Positions 26,021 through 40,533 of a DNA stretch of 64,000 nt are shown here, piece after piece. Below the pieces are notes generated by a model. That model did no database searches. It saw nothing but the letters and a program-made list of their open reading frames with translations, and was not told where the DNA came from. Position numbers and translations under genes: made by a program. Source of the DNA: Rhynchobatus australiae (Eukaryota); assembly GCA_034780895.1 (NCBI GenBank), contig JAUZTB010000127.1, positions 63,010,908 through 63,074,907 of the forward strand, in the 5' to 3' direction. The number at the start of each line of letters is the position of its first letter. Within the stretch, counting starts at the first letter, position 1.

Positions 26021-28984
26021 CAAATCTATGCATAATATTACTCCATTGACTCAGCTGTTTTTGCCAAAGGGTGATTAAGTCTCAGAATGGACACAGTTGC
26101 TTCTTGGGTCAGTGCTATGCTGGCAGTTTTAAGGCTTTTAAAAGCAATTGTGGATTGGAGTGGAAACACTGCACAGTGTCATGATCAAGCCATCTTAGTT
26201 TGAACATCAGATGAGGACAAATTGAACTCTGTTGTGAACTCCCCATTGCAGTTGGTCATTGTTGAGACTCTTTCATTGATCACTATAACAGAAAGTGGAA
26301 AGTGTTCATAAAAACTAAATTTCAGTGAAGTACTTTGTAATTGGAGAAAACAGAAATGGAGAAATTTGATTGGGAAACAGAAGCAAAAAAAATGCATTAT
26401 GAACCAATTCCTTAAAAAATAAATGAAGTGGGACTCTGCATCATGCAATGAAACATTGTGTCCCTGGGGACCATTTAAATATGAGACTAGGCAACTATTT
26501 TAATGCCTTGTTATTTTAAGGCATGACTAGTTTAGGAATTATGCTTAAGCATGTAACTAAACAAACCTATTATCAGTCAGTGAGCTAATGAGTCAATATG
26601 CATTTTGTTACTCAAGCCCTACAAGTATCGCCTCATTAGGTAACCACTATCCTGTGGAAGCCTGTTTTAAATCTGATAAGTAACTATATCATTTGCTAAA
26701 TAAATCAAGTGACTAATGGTATGACATTAAACCAAGCAATGAAAGCTTAACGATGAAAGTAATCATACATGTGTGAGCACTTGAAACTATCCGTCTGTAC
26801 AGGGAGAAAATATGTCAAGTCTATTTATTCCAATCTATTTTCTCTGGTAAGGATAAGCAGAAAAAGTATATAGCTATAGTATTGGCTTATGGAGTTTAGA
26901 TATTGGTAATGTATTATTTCCATTCACATAATGGGTCCTAATCTTATTAAGTACTTGACACAGTGAATTATTTTTTAAATTTATTGTTGCAGCCATTCTA
27001 GATCAGCATCATCCTACAAAGCAAAATGAGGATATTAGGCTGATTTATTTAATATGGTGATATTGAGAGAAGAACGTCTGGTTGGAATATCAGAAGTTTG
27101 CTTGGTATTAGATCAAATGAAACTTAATTGTCCAACAGAACAGGAAGACTAGACTTTGACTTAAAGATGGATTGTCTGACTAAAGAAAGATGTTTCTTTT
27201 TCTCTCTGTGGGGCTCCTAACAATGTAAAGGTTCTTATGCCAGATTTAGCTTTGTCATGAGTAAAGGACAAATCTCACCCAATTATGATTGTGGATAAAA
27301 AGGTCACTTACCATTGCAGATGGTGGTGGTTTTATTTTTATATTATGTTTCCAACCATCAAAGCAGCCAGTACCAGTTGTGACAGGTTTATGAAGGTTAT
27401 GGTGATCGCATTATCCTTTTGCTTCTAAACAAGGCTATTCTCCAAAGATTTGCACCATTACCTCCTGTCTCTGCAGGAAGTATTTTCAATACTGGGAAAT
27501 GTATTGAATAGTGTGATTTGATGTCATACTTTCAATGAATTTAAACTAAATAAATATATCCAGTTTTAAAAACGGAGAACTCTCATGCTATTGTCAGCAA
27601 TTATTTGGCAGATGTCAGCTGTCACATCACTTGTTATTTTAATCAGCTTTGCTTAGCGTGAAGAAATTTATACAGCATTACAATGTACCATAAAGGTAAA
27701 ATACACATGGTCATGTTTGATTTGTTGTACTTTGTTTGTACACTGCCTTCCTGGTGGTATTTCTTCACAAAAGCCGCTGCTGTTCAGCTCCAGTTTAACA
27801 TTTTGGATGAAAGGCAATATGAAGTTTGGCATAAAAAGGATGGAAAATTGGATGCTTCTTCATGCCCCTTGGTGGAAACATCAAATTGGCATTGGTGAGA
27901 GAGTGAGTCACCAATGTAGCCTGCCAGGCACAGGTAACACCACCGAGAAAGACCACAGGAAATAAAAACAGTGGGAACAGGAAGGAGATTAAATGCTAAA
28001 AATTCTTTCAAAAAGATTGTTTCTACTACTTTCTTGAGCCAATACTGTCACAGAATATAATTGAAGAGGACCATCGGGCAATTGCATTATTGTCTGTGGA
28101 AAAGGAGTGGCTAACTTTTGTCATGAAAATTATATGCTGTACATGACAACATTGGCAGTAACAACAAGGTGTTACTGCTGGACACAATAACAAGGAGCTG
28201 CAGTGGGTGGCCACCTTTAACCTTCTGGCATACTGTACTTAAGATTTTTAAAGAATGGCCTTAAAGCATTCAGGTGACACCATAAATTTTTACTTTGTGT
28301 TAGAATGCTGGTGGACCTGCTCTTAGATCTAGAAAGGACAACTTTACCCACACCACTTTTCACAACTCCCTGCAACCCTGCTGTCAAATTGCAGAGACAG
28401 ATGTATTACCATTCATTCTCAATTATAACAAATAAATCTAATGTGCTGGGTGNNNNNNNNNNNNNNNNNNNNNNNNNNNNNNNNNNNNNNNNNNNNNNNN
28501 NNNNNNNNNNNACAGTTTCTGTCTTGCTCTGCCCATCATTTCCCCCTCCACCATTATTGAGGACATGACAAGAACTTGGCATCTCAAATATTTAACAATC
28601 TACCATTTAATATAGTTGTACTCATTTAACAGACATAAAATATGATTAACAGTTTGTGGCTGCTCCTTTTAGAGAAGGCCAGCAGTTGTTTTTGTTGATA
28701 AGCAGTATATGTTCAGTTACCGCATCTGGATTTAAAATCAAGTTTGCAGATTGCAAATTTCAGATCAAACTGCTGTAAAACCATTAATGCAAGGTGCTTT
28801 CCTTTTGCAATTTTAACCTTGTGTATTCATTCCCATTATTCTCAAGTAATGCCAGGCCACATCTGGACGTGGAACAGCCTTTAGGAAATAAAGCATTCAA
28901 CAGTTTTGCTATTGATCATGAAGGAAAATGAAAAGCTGATTACCAGTCATTGTTAGGTGGAGAGAGCAGTGCTTTCAGTCTTAC

Positions 28985-29157
28985 CTTGATAACAGAAGCT
29001 CCTGCTCTGGATAAAGGACTGTGCATTTGGGCTGCCACTGCCATGTTAGCTATGGTGCTGAGGTGACTCATCTGGCTCATTGCCATGGTAACCGATGCAG
29101 GAGGTAGGCTGACGGGTATGAGGGGGTGGGGCATCATCATGAATGGCAACTCCAGTC
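28985..29157 (-). CDS. DACH2: Dachshund-family transcription cofactor, internal coding exon (173 nt, phase 1 to 0)
   Basis: Encodes (G)LELPFMMMPHPLIPVSLPPASVTMAMSQMSHLSTIANMAVAAQMHSPLSRAGASVIK, nearly identical to the recalled DACH1/DACH2 segment between the DD1 and DD2 boxes. Acceptor tttctgtttcttttaatctaaaag|GA, donor AAG|gtaaga. Family call is firm; paralog call (DACH2 vs DACH1) is less so. Confidence 0.95.
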
Positions 29158-30671
29158 CTTTTAGATTAAAAGAAACAGAAAAACAAGTTTTAATGCCTTT
29201 CTTTTCTGCTTTAAAGTGACCAGTTTCATTTGTTATATATCTGTTGCTGTCTTCCATCATCACATCTCTGTTTTAACATGTTGTGGTTATTGAAATGGAA
29301 TCAGCAAGGATGTAATAATTATTTATTAGATGTCCATAGCAGAACTATTGATTGTCATATGAGGAGTATTGTTTTGATTGGTTGCCTTCTAACTGCTATC
29401 AAATAACTGAGGACTCTGATAGCAAACGTTAATGATGCCTTAATATCTGACTACTACTTCCTCACTCGACCAATACATCTACTGCCTACGCTATTCTGGA
29501 ATGCATGTTTTTTAAATTGTTTCACTTTGGGTGTTTAGTGAATGACCAATTTTGTGCAAGAATCTGTCAACTTGTGAGTAAATGCATCAATGTTGTTTTC
29601 TTCCTCTGTGCAACCAGCACCAATTACCTTGCTGATGATGCTGCCACATGATGTACCAAAACAACTTCACACGACAATTTACAAATAGATAAAAATTATA
29701 GATGGCCTCTCATCCTGTATACTGGGGCTGATTTTTTTGGCAGCAAAGTTTAGGACCTCTACCTTTAGTGAACCCTCTTTTTAAAAAAAAATTCTCCTCA
29801 GAGAAGATCAGTTTCTAACTCTGCAGCTGTAAAGTTTGTATTGTGTTCAGGTAGCCAGGTTAGAAAACCCAGGGAAGATTTGCCTATGGTTGTTCTGTAA
29901 ATGGACTAAATCGATTAATAATGTTAGTTAATGAACCTTGATAATAGAGGCTGGATGGTGACCATCTTCATTTCCAACATGTACAAAAATAAACATTTTC
30001 TGGTACCTAGAGAGATGGCTTCAAGTATAGTCTTCTAGACACAAACATTAAAGGGTTAGAATATGAACAGCCATGGGTTGTATGGGCATCATACACCATT
30101 TAAAATATAGAACTACATATGGTGGATAAAGTGGACCATTTTCATGTCTACTGAATCTGCCCCATTGCACACTTGGGGGAGATTTATAAATAGTGACAAA
30201 CACATTCCGCAGCTTGAAATGCAGTTTGATTTGATCAACAACTGAGAGCAGCTTCTTTTCCAATAGTACACTGGGGCAGCTTCCAATGTTGCAAGAGTAC
30301 GTGATGGAGGTCAGTAACACTGGGAGAGCCCTTCTCTTGCTGGAAATGAAACGATGAACAAGACTTGGTTTTCTTCCAGGCTACTACTTTGACTAGCAAC
30401 TCTCAGTGAAAAGATCACCAAGGAATTTTGGAGTATGCACTGGCACACATTATATATTTTGCCATCAGNNNNNNNNNNNNNNNNNNNNNNNNNNNNNNNN
30501 NNNNNNNNNNNNNNNNNNNNNNNNNNNNNNNNNNNNNNNNNNNNNNNNNNNNNNNNNNNNNNNNNNNNNNNNNNNNNNNNNNNNNNNNNNNNNNNNNNNN
30601 NTAATTTACACTAAATCTTCCAAGTATTTCTTTGCAATTCCATTATCCAAGAGGTAGTAGTAATATTAACT

Positions 30672-31260
30672 CTTCTTTGTCTTAGGCAGTCCCTTTGGAT
30701 CAAGGATGACTTGTTTCTCATCTAGTTCTCTGGGAAGTGAGATGACTACTAAGTGGAACCCACAGGCTGTCCCAGATGTGGCAGTAAGTGCTTGATAGAA
30801 TGGGCAGGTGACTAGTTTGTGATGGTGCACTCTAGGCACCATTTATGCTGGACTTCTATATGTTCTTGAAGAACAGACTCAATATTCTCTCTGCTATCCC
30901 AATGCTGTTTCTCCATTTTGAGTGGTCAGGGGGCCAGAGATTCCCACTCATCGGTGAGGATGTTTCAGTTTTTCAAAGAGGCTTTGAGAACATCCTTGGA
31001 TCTTTTCCTCTGCTCACATAGTAACTTTTTACCATGACAGAGCTCAGAAGAGAGTATCTGTTTTGGGAGTCTAACACTGAGCATACAAACAACATATCCT
31101 GTCCTATGGACGTTGGCCTGGGAGTGAAGACTGCTGTTGGTTCATATCCTGCCACTGGATCTGGGGATTTCATGGGTAGTCAGGTCTCAGAAGCATATAG
31201 GAGGATAGGGATCAGTGCTGCCGTATTGATCATGAGCTATGTGCAGGTTTGAAGTCTTGA
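30672..31260 (-). mobile_element. RTE-clade LINE 3' end
   Basis: Minus strand reads QRKRSKDVLKASLKN*NILTDEWESLAPDHSKWRNSI (RTE/BovB-type C-terminus); terminal ggcagtccctttggatcaaggatgacttg. Confidence 0.8.
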
Positions 31261-32514
31261 TCTTCAAACAAAGGTTGTGGTAAGGCTGTACTTATGTTTG
31301 CCTTCATTGAGGGGCATTGAGATATGAGTCCAAGTCAACATTTACCAGGATTTTGTCTTGAACCTTTATTGTTAAAGGGTAATGTAGTATAGATGCTTGG
31401 TTTTGCAAATGTTGTATAAAGCTTGTTTTCTTGTACATTTCAGTGAATGAGTCAAAAAGACTTCAAGTTTGTTTTCTGAATGTTTGCAAATGCCAGTGTT
31501 GTCTGCATACTGCAGTTTGATTAAAAAAAGTTGGTGCAGCCTTGATTTTAGAGTGGAGTTCACATAGGATGAACATTTTTCCACTGGAACTGCTGATTCA
31601 CTCACTCTAGGATGCTTGTTGGAGAGAAAGTGCAGCATTGTGGCAAGTAAGTGTTGGCAGAATGATGCAACATTTCTTGGCATCAGTCTACACTGAGATT
31701 GGGTTGGTTGTGAACCTATTTGTTTTGTACCTTTTGATTTTTAAGTACAGGCAGTGTAACTCTTCAAAGGTTGTACAGTTTTGTGTTATATCTTAAGTGT
31801 AGAGCTCAGTGATAATAACACAAGACTGTACAACATTAGAAGGGTTATGCTGCCTGTACCGGATAAACCTCTTCCCCGTGAACCTCTTATGTGCAAACTG
31901 ACTGGGCCAGATATTGCTGCCCAATCTTGTTGTTGGTTCTGTTAGCCGTTTGAACAATTCCAAGTCCAGGACACCTGTGCTTGCACTGTAAAACACGCAG
32001 ATCCTGGAGCTCCTGAAAAATTTGGAATGCTGAGTCTGATTCACTGTTGGATCCCTGTTCTACTGAGATTCCATAGTGTTATGCTTGGGAATCCGCTATG
32101 GGATCGAATGTTAATTTAGACAGTGCAGGGACTGACACCCTCCTGATTTCAAAGGGAATTTTAGGGCTATGGAATAGGAGGCAAGGAGGAAGACAACATT
32201 ATTTATTATTTCACTTTTGGTTAATGTTTTTAATTATTTCTGTTTTAATAATTTTACATGTTTTAATTATTGACTTCAATGTTATTAATTGTTAGATGTG
32301 TAAATGTCAGAGGCATCTGAAACATTCACAGCTCTGACAGCTGGAAATAGGCCTTTGGCCTTCCACATGCAGAACAGCAATTACAAATGTGAGGGAGCCA
32401 TAGATGGCAATTCTGGGCTGGGCAAATGATCTCCAAGATCTGGCCCACTGGGTGGTGTGCATACTAGATAAGGGGTCCAATTTTTTTTTTAAATCTTATT
32501 GATTTCAGGAGTGT

Positions 32515-32588
32515 AATGAATTGACCTATGTGATCGGTATACAAGTCAAGTTTTTCACTGCACCTCGGTACAAGTGACAATAATAAAC
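32515..32588 (+). mobile_element. Rex1/Babar-type LINE 3' tail
   Basis: tttttcactgcacctcggtacaagtgacaataataaaccaacaccaataccaatacc. Confidence 0.75.
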
Positions 32589-35204
32589 CAACACCAATAC
32601 CAATACCAAGAATTGGCTCCTGTTGCAATGGAATAAATAGCATTCAGAGTCACAATTGAAACAAGGATGATACCAGGACAGCTGTACTACTGTTTTGGAG
32701 CAATGGTTTTTTATTCACTTTTTGGATAAAGCTGCCCAGTTAATTTTTTTTTGATTATATAGTCCCAAATGTTTGCACAAATTCATGAAACCTCTGCCTG
32801 CTTTGGATGTCTAATGCATTTAACTGTAGAAAACTGTGGCTTAAAGTGGTCTGAGTATGCATGGTTAAGTAGCCAGGTCATTTTAACTGATCCATGCTCA
32901 GTTTTCACTTAGATTTGACTTAAGCTATACCACAACATCCTTCTCTTCATGGAAGTTGGCACCTCTCATGTTTTTGATCTTGGATTTATATAGGAATTAT
33001 CAGAGTGATATTTTGTGTGTACAGGAAGCATATCCCAGCTGAGACACATTGCAAACACCTTTACGCTTTTGATTACTAGATGGCCACTAGATGGTGAAAC
33101 TCTACTTAAAAGCAGTGTCTGTAATGTGACAAGGAATGGTCCAACAACCACACTGCACATGGTTAATTATGATAAACATGTAGTCATTTTGTTTTTTTTA
33201 GTTTTAATTAGGTTTAAATTTAGAAAGAAACAATTATGTCAGACTTGGCTAAAACAAGTATAAAGTGGAGGTCCCCTTCCTTTGATTTGGAGATTGGGCA
33301 CCACAGTATACAAATCACATCACAGACTACAGCAACTGCTCACTGACCCCACCTCGGTCCCTTGCCCAATGCTGAAGTCATTAATCACGTAGGAGCTGAG
33401 AGCTTTTGTAAACGGCCATGCAACTGAGATATCCACCAGCAGAAAATTCAAGTTTCACAACGGTCCTCTACTCAGAGAGAGAACTGTCTGCGAAACCTAA
33501 CCAATAATGCTCAATTCTTGTGATACAAAACTGGCGGAAGCAGAATTGAAAAGTAATTCCTCTGGAAGTCTACGCTTCCATTCTTGATTGCTGGGAGATT
33601 CATCCAACCCAGAGCTGCACCTGTGCATGTGCCAATGATACTCTTGGCAAATGATTATGTAACCAACATGACAATCAGTTGATTGTTTTCCATGGTCATC
33701 ACAGAGATTGCCTAACCTCCTATCAGATCGGATACCAATACGATAAAGAGAGAGCAAATTGTCAAAGGAGGTTATGTGTGGTGTTGGGCCTATTAGGGAC
33801 CTATCTGATGGGATTCCTGGATTAGTCTAAAATTGCCCCACTCAACCCCAAACATTGGGCATTGCCACCTCAGTCAATCGAAGAAATCAGTTGTGGACAC
33901 AACATGAACCTGGTAAACAAAGCTTACCGCTGCTTTGAGATTTATTATATTGCCAATCCCTGGCGAGAAGTGAAAATTCTATGCTGAACTGGAACCTGTT
34001 AATGGGACGAGGCTAGCTCAGTGAATCAGGGATGCAGTTACAAATCAAGGGCTTTGTTCCAGGTACTGATTCAACTGTTTTTGTTAAGGGTAGTTGACAG
34101 GGGTACAGACAGCAGATGATAAGCAAGGTCTGACTCATCATCTATTTAAAGTTATAAGCATTTAATCATGGATGATTGGCTGCTGCAGATCTGAATAATT
34201 ACTGGAAAAGCCTTAAAGGGTTGAATTCTTAAAGTAAATATCAATTTGTTCATGCCAAAACATTACAATTGGAAGGTCAATAAGACAAAGACATTGAGGA
34301 AAACTCTAAATCACAACACAATCATCAGTTGTTGGATTAGAGCAGGCCAGCATGCAAGATTTGATGGATAACATAACAAATTTTCATTCTTTTCAACTTT
34401 AATTAGTTTGTGCAAGTACAATCTTAATACAATTATTTTTAGAAGCCTGCCATTAATTTCTTTTGCGATCTGAGATCCTTTCTTCTCCCCTTTCCAAATC
34501 TAATTTTTTCAAACTATTCCCTGAATGCCTGTAATTTTTAAGCTCTCCAACAACAGCATGATGAAAGTGATTCTTTTCAAACAATATAAAGAGATTTTTA
34601 TATATCTATTTGATGGTTCATGATCAAAGATACTGTGGTAGCTCTAACAGGGAAAGAAGCACTATAATTCAGGCTACGTTTTCAAATGTCAGCAAGGCCG
34701 GATTCAATCTTTTCTCCCACAGTAATATCCAGTATAGAGAGAAAATGCATATGGGTGTGTGTCATATATAAATCATAATGTTAAATTGTATTTGGATCTC
34801 CCTATAAATAGAATGTTTACAAATAGGCATCAAATAGTAGTTTAATATACCAGATTTTATTGATGACATGATGAGTTGTATAAAGTTCCAAAGGAGGCAC
34901 ATGGGTGTTATACTAATTGCTGTGAATGAAGATCCTTGTGCTCATAACTGGCTATAAATCCTCTCAACCCAGCAGATCAGGGAATATCTTGGGAGATTTG
35001 CTGCAAGAGAAGCTTTATCATCAGTGGTTGTGATTCTTGCAAAAGNNNNNNNNNNNNNNNNNNNNNNNNNNNNNNNNNNNNNNNTAATATGAGCTGAGCT
35101 ACAGTGTCTAATATTATTGAAATACCCTTAATATAGAATCAATTAAGCATATTGTGTTGTTATGTGGAGGAAAAAATATGCCTTCTTGCAATATTTTTTT
35201 CAAT

Positions 35205-35397
35205 TTCTCTTCCGGGTGCTCCAGTTTCCCCCCACATTCCAAAGACGTATGGGTTAGGAAGTTGTGGGCATGCTATGTTGGCGCCAGAAGCGTGGTGACA
35301 TTGGTGGGCTGCCCCCAGAACACTTCTATGCAAAAGGTGTATTTCACTGTGTGTTTTGATGTACATGTGACTAATCTTATCTTATATATCTTATCTT
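35205..35397 (+). mobile_element. V-SINE (HE1-like), 5'-truncated
   Basis: Core tccgggtgctccagtttccccccacattccaaagac, with a 3' tail gatgtacatgtgactaatcttatcttat. Confidence 0.75.
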
Positions 35398-38300
35398 ACC
35401 CACCCACCAGAAACGTACAATGCTGCTTCAGAATTTTGTTTAGGTGTACATACTTTCCAACACTATTCATTTGCTTTTGGAGGTTTGCAGTTCACTCGTT
35501 ACACGTTTTAGTGCACTGAGTTCCTAACCTTGCGGCAGTCATCCAACACCATCACACACGTGCAAACACTAGCAAGTCCTTGCAGGCCTAGAAAAAAAAG
35601 TTGCATGCAGACTATGCTTACTGTTGGCTATAAGGTGATTCTGCTGGAGTGGGCTAAGCGGGTGTGTGGCTGCAAGATTGTGTTGACCAGACAATGTGGC
35701 ATGGTTGACTACATGCTGTGACCCTGTGGTAGTGGGTGACTGGAGTTTCTCTTTGTCCCACGAAGATTCACATCCACCTGAAGTGCATGAACAAATGGAT
35801 CATAAATTAGGTAATTAAACACAACTGAAGGATACATGCTTCCTTTTCTTGGCAGACTGAGCAACGGGTTCATGAGTACAGTTGAAACAATGTGTGGATA
35901 TGAAACAAAGAGAGTGTAAAATAATACTTTTAAGTTTTAAATTATCTGAGGGCTATCATAACATCTCCTGTTTATAGCATTGTAGTTTATCAGCAGTGAC
36001 TCCAATATGTGTTGTGCAAATAGGCAACATGACACCAACAGCAAGTAAACTTTAAATGAGTTTACTCATGTGCCTAAGAACTGAAGTTATCTTTTGTTCA
36101 ATTTGTTTTCAACAGCTGAGACTTTGATCTCAAATGGATGTTTAGCTTCTTAAAGTGACATTTCATCATTGGATACCATTGCACTTTCACTCAAAGTTTG
36201 AAGTGTTTTCAATAGTCATCAGCCAATTAATTTGTACGTGATATTTGATTTGGGAACTGCTGGAAGGCTAATAAAAGTATTTTGAGTTGGTTCTGCATAA
36301 GTTTTAAGTAATCTTCTTCAAATAAAAGTTGAGCTTTGTTGAAGAAATGTTTTTTGCTACAGCGAGAAAATTACAAATTGGAACATGTCCTACCCACACA
36401 CCTGATAATCTAGCAATATTAACATAATAATAGGCAGCACCACTGATACATCAGTTATCTATGCCTCCTGTTTAAATCTACAATCGCCTCCATCNNNNNN
36501 NNNNNNNNNNNNNNNNNNNNNNNNNNNNNNNNNNNNNNNNNNNNNNNNNNNNNNTTGGCCTGTGAAATGCAAGTTCTCTGAAATAACAGCAATCAGTTTA
36601 GACAGTATGTGACCTTTGTTTGACAATATACCACTGTATTGTGGTGCCAATATATTGGTAAAGAGCCATTAGGACAGCAAGATGCTCTTCATTCTATTTA
36701 CGTATATTTGTGCTCTTAATGGGCAACCATAATAGGAGTGGTTACATTAATTTCATGAAAAAAAATCAGATAAATTTAAATACTTGGGATATAGATTTCC
36801 TCTGCAGTGTTTAATAGTATCAAAAATGAAGCTTCATTTGTATCTATTCTCCAAATATTCCCAGAATTTCCAAATATACACTTGGTTATTTACCAAAGGG
36901 TCATTTCCAAACTGTTTCCAATACAAATTAGATATTCATAGTAAAGAATACTGGCAATGGTAAATAATTGAAAATGTCTCCAAAAAAAACCTGGACATCA
37001 TAAAGTAAAATTTATGTGAATGGCATTACTATAGCCATAACAACTATAGTGGGCACTGTAATAAATAATAACTTCTAGTTTAATATTCATCAGGATTTTT
37101 CTATTATTCACATTTTTATGATAGTCCAGACTTATAAATGTACAGGATCAAAGAAATGTGTTTTACCATGTGATATAAATTGTACAAAATGCTCCAACTT
37201 TTTTTCTTTTTTGCAATCTTCTTTCAATTATTTAAGTGTTATAGTAATATATCTATTCAGTTGTTTGAACACAATGTACCGGTAATACACAGTGCAGTAG
37301 TCATGTTGGAAATTAATATTTTTATTGCATACTGGTGCATCATGTTTAAAATGAGAACACATTAAATTGGTAATAGAGAAATCTTAAAATCAATGTGCAT
37401 GAGATTGCTCATTATGCAGAGAGAGATCTGTGGGTAAACAAGCAGGTGGTGTTTTTCATTACAGATTTGAAGACTGATTATTTTCAATGATAATATGAAT
37501 TAAATTTCTTCTCTGTAGAGTTCTGACTATTACATAAGGGAACATTCTTAATAGGCAGAGAGTGCCTACAGCAACACTAATGGCTCTAGTAAATACCTGA
37601 GGCAAATGTGCTGTCACCTTGACATCCATAATTCACTGGATGCTTGCAGAGTGATATTGTCATGCTGTATTAATTATAACCTTCTGACCTTAAAGAAACA
37701 ATAGACTACATTTCATTGTAGGTTAACACTTACACTAAATCTGAAACTGGACAACTCTATGTCCGACTCACAATACAGTGCAGAGTTAATATTTTATTGG
37801 TACTTCTCCTGAGCTTTTGGCTGTTGAAGAAGTATGTAAAGAGTTGCACTCAGAACATTGAGTAACATGGAGTAACAGGAACAAGCCTTTTTGGAAAGCA
37901 ATTTTTCAGAGCGATTAATACTTGGAATAGACTCATATGGAATAGTAGTGGGCAAATCCCTGTAATAAATGAAGAACCAAGTGTATAATTTGATGATTGA
38001 AGGACAGGGCCTTTCTGGATTGGATAATCTTGGTTAGTTGGAAAGCTTTCTCATCAAATCTTCCTTGTCATGTTTTGTGGCATAAAAGTCCTGGAATACT
38101 GCAAATTATGCCTGGTCAGAATTAACAAAGCCACCATTTATGAATGGTAAGATACATGTATAAATCTTGGCCAATAAGCAATTTGTACCTAAAAGTATAT
38201 TTTTAACCTGCTGGATCTTCATTCTCATGGTAAAACCAAAAATCATGTTTTGTAATAAATCTTGTAATAATTCAAATTTAAGTAATGAGTTCATACCTTC

Positions 38301-40091
38301 TATGTACAAATGTTAAGTATCAATACTGGCCAAAATAGAATTTCTAAATGTTGATATACACTTTGACTCTGCCTGTAATTGGTGCAAACCTCCACTAGAA
38401 AAATATTGGAGTGGATCATAGTGAAGCTCACATTCACCCATGTGATCCCCATAGCTACAAATGTTGACCTGGTGTCAAGTGATGAAACCTTAGGCTCTGC
38501 GTCCAAGGCCACTCTCATGGCCCTTGACAGCTCTGATATTCAAAGACACTTAAAAAGTTTAGATCGAGGTAACTACATTTAGAATTTTTTTTTAATTTAA
38601 GTTACATTAAACAATTATAATTAAAATATGAAGTGAAGTGAAACACAAAACTGAACTTGAACTTGTGCTTTTTAATGAAGATTGCCAACTCCATTCAAAT
38701 GACAGTAAGTCAGCATGGCTGGGATAAAGCCAGGAAACCAGATGCTGAATGACCACTGTACTCTGCTTCTGGGTCCAGCAGCAGAATGTGAGGTCCAATG
38801 CGCTGGCATCTGACCTTTTGTACATCTCCAACTTTTCCTTAGTCAATGACATGTTGAAAGTAGGGTGGACAGTTGGCAGTTCTCTGTGGAACCACCGCAC
38901 ACGTCAGTGCTTGATCTGGCCACCTTTCTTCAAAATGACTGATTGTGATCGGTGCAAGATCCCCTATATTATGCACTGATGTGAGTACTGGTTGTAGATC
39001 TGGTTCCTGAATAAAACACAGCAAGTGACGAGGGCTTTGTAATGTTCTTCACAGTTAAATTTGCAGCAGAACTTCATCGCACTTTGTATTTGTTCCTGAA
39101 GCTGGAAATGGAGGCAAACACTTCATTTGCAGTTGCTCTCAGTAACATCTATCAAAATAACTTGAAACTCCAGAAGCCAGCAAAGAAATTCAAAAGCAAC
39201 ATGACTAAATATTTATCAAGGATTTTTCCCAAATAATAAAGTTAATGATCAAACCCGGATTATATTGCGATATTTAACCAACAATAATCTGCATAAAAAC
39301 ATTGCAAATATTGAAAAGCATGCTTTTTCAACAAATCGGAACAACTAAGCCAATTCATGGGGAACCTGTTTTTCAAAACGATTCTGCAGATGAAAGGGAG
39401 CCAGTTTATACTTTCGCCTTTATTCTGCAGTTCTTTGTACTCAAACTCTTGACCTTCCCCAGTATCTACTCATTTAGAAAAAAGCTTTGGAGCCCCAGGA
39501 ACTCATATGGTACTTCGATCCAAGGAGTTTGTGTAGCTTGTAAGAATATAATCTTAAATTGTTTACCTATGAGTTCAGAAAAATTCTAGCTCATGAAAGG
39601 TTTTGAATTAATGTGTACAGTCAGTAGTACTGTGTATTTCCAACAACTGATGGATTTGAGCCTCAAACCCACTTGTACTGTTTTGGATTTTTACAGTAAT
39701 AAGTGACATTTAACATCAAGATGCCGTGCCTAACTCTCCAGCTATCTAACTGAGCCATAGGTCATGGTTACCAGTAATTGGTCCCCAGTGTACCAGTAAC
39801 TAGTATTCTGAACCTATGGGCACAAGCCCTCAAACCATAAATCCATAGGGATATTACTTCCCATTTACCAACTAAAGTGAGCATGGTTCTGCAAAGCAGG
39901 TTGACTGAGTAGTTGCAATCAATGGGATTCCTGTTCATCTTATACCTTGTGCGCATACACATTCATGTGAACAGTTGAAGGTATGAACAGTACAGGGATG
40001 GAGATATACATCATTGACATTAAAGCACTTTTTAGGTGACATCAGATTTCTCGATTCAGGATACTATGTTTTGTTCTTGTTTTGAGCTGTG

Positions 40092-40533
40092 ATAGAACAT
40101 TGAACATAGAACACTACAGCACAGTACAGGCCCTTCGGCCCACAATGTTATGCCGACATTTTATCCTGCTCTAAGATCTNNNNNNNNNNNNNNNNNNNNN
40201 NNNNNNNNNNNNNNNNNNNNNNNNNNNNNNNNNNNNNNNNNNNNNNNNNNNNNNNNNNNNNNNNNNNNNNNNNNNNNNNCACAATGTTATGCCGACATTT
40301 TATCCTGCTCTAAGATCTATCTAACCCTTCCTTCCCACATAGCCCCCTATTTTTCTATCATTCAACTATCTATCTAAGAGTCTCTTAAATGTCCCTAATG
40401 TATCTGCCCCCACAACCTCTGCCCACCCAACACTCTCTGTATAAAAAACTTACCCCTGACATCCCCCTTATACGTTCCTCCAGTCACCTGAAAATTATGT
40501 CCCCTTGTGTTAGCCATTGTCGCACTGGGAAAA
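40092..40533 (-). mobile_element. CR1-type LINE 3' end, same subfamily as 1-372
   Basis: atagaacactacagcacagtacaggcccttcggcccacaatg...aaaacttacccctgacatcccccttatacgttcctccagtcacctgaaaattatgtccccttgtgttagccatt is the reverse-complement homolog of about 70-372. Confidence 0.9.

Noticed and set aside
33928-33995. Possible upstream DACH exon (aacag|GTTCCAGT...GCAGCG|gtaagc)
   Set aside because: It has an in-frame TAG in the required phase and no similarity to the expected SWDK...LQQxHLL exon. The true neighbouring exons were not found and are probably outside the window or in gaps.
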